IMG/VR virus record: IMGVR_UViG_3300025093_000011 | Span: 49,199 to 113,198 of that record | From: a virus | DNA length: 64,000 bases | Strand: one strand, 5' to 3' | Part shown: one piece after another, positions 63,672 to 64,000 of the stretch | Position numbering within the stretch: the stretch's first letter is position 1 | Layout: each line of letters starts with the position of its first letter | Notes under the pieces: generated by a model | Database searches by the model: none | What the model saw: only the letters and a program-made list of their open reading frames with translations | Told to the model about the DNA's origin: nothing | Made by a program: the position numbers and the translations under genes

Positions 63672-63883
63672 AATAAATCAAGTTTATCTCTGCATTGAAC
63701 ATATCCCATAAAGCTTAGTGCAGAGCAAGTTAAACAAAGTAATCCAAGAGCTATGCTTCCATCTACCGAAACAGTTTCTCCTATGAATAAATCTAGGAAA
63801 AACATTAACGTAAAAAATGTAAAAAACATAGTAAATAAAGCACATATGTACTTAAACACTGTGTATCTAATTTTTGATCTCAT
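63668..63883 (-). CDS. Small membrane protein (2 TM)
   Basis: 71 aa with two hydrophobic helices. Confidence 0.6.
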   Translation of the reverse strand: MRSKIRYTVFKYICALFTMFFTFFTLMFFLDLFIGETVSVDGSIALGLLCLTCSALSFMGYVQCRDKLDLL

Positions 63884-63895
63884 AATAAATAAGTT

Positions 63896-64000
63896 TTAAG
63901 TGTGTAAATATTTCTGTATAAATAAAATTATAGGTATAAATAACAGACCAATGATACAACCAAGTGCTGTACCATTAGCTAAACCTAAGTTACCTGCTAT
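63896..64000 (-). CDS. 3' end of a membrane protein running off the window
   Basis: IAGNLGLANGTALGCIIGLLFIPIILFIQKYLHT*, open from 64000. Confidence 0.45.
   Translation of the reverse strand: MAGNLGLANGTALGCIIGLLFIPIILFIQKYLHT

Noticed and set aside
1-64000. Stop-codon reassignment (code 15 or 4), known in some crAss-like phages
   Set aside because: The giant ORFs are intact in code 11, and TAG (19264) and TGA (31738) sit at gene ends followed closely by new ATGs. Read-through fusion of the giant genes also fails because the next genes are in different frames.
1-64000. CRISPR array, tRNA genes, integrase, transposase, reverse transcriptase/DGR, introns or inteins
   Set aside because: No regularly spaced repeats, cloverleaf or diagnostic motifs were seen by eye. 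PolB, DnaB and RNAP read as uninterrupted. A tRNAscan/Infernal run would be needed to exclude these fully.

Overview
This AT-rich window (about 30% GC by eye) is a fragment of a crAss-like (Crassvirales-type) phage genome, probably infecting Bacteroidota/Flavobacteria. It uses the standard genetic code, and starts are A-rich without Shine-Dalgarno sites. There are two convergent blocks. The + strand block (1-35354) encodes very large internal-virion/ejected proteins, including a 3862-aa virion RNA polymerase (catalytic DFDVD) fused to zincin, AlkB-like and NADAR-like domains. It also has a 2316-aa protein with PD-(D/E)xK and ADP-ribosyltransferase-like domains and a 1655-aa protein with a GH108-like lysozyme domain. 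The - strand block (35314-64000) holds early/middle genes: PolB, exonuclease, MoxR-vWA pair, primase, SSB-like proteins, Sak4-like ATPase, DnaB, UDG, SplB-like radical SAM, ClpS, SF2 helicase, HNH and many small ORFs. The most striking pattern is in the four consecutive proteins at 12316-35203 (7621 aa in total). By my reading they contain only six cysteines, all within four residues of a terminus and arranged C-terminus to next N-terminus in gene order, which suggests a head-to-tail linked chain of ejected proteins. Also notable are an H-type pseudoknot 37 nt upstream of an SSB-like gene (T4 gene 32-like layout) and a candidate structured ncRNA at about 63.0-63.3 kb. All family assignments come from motif recognition by eye; no searches were run.
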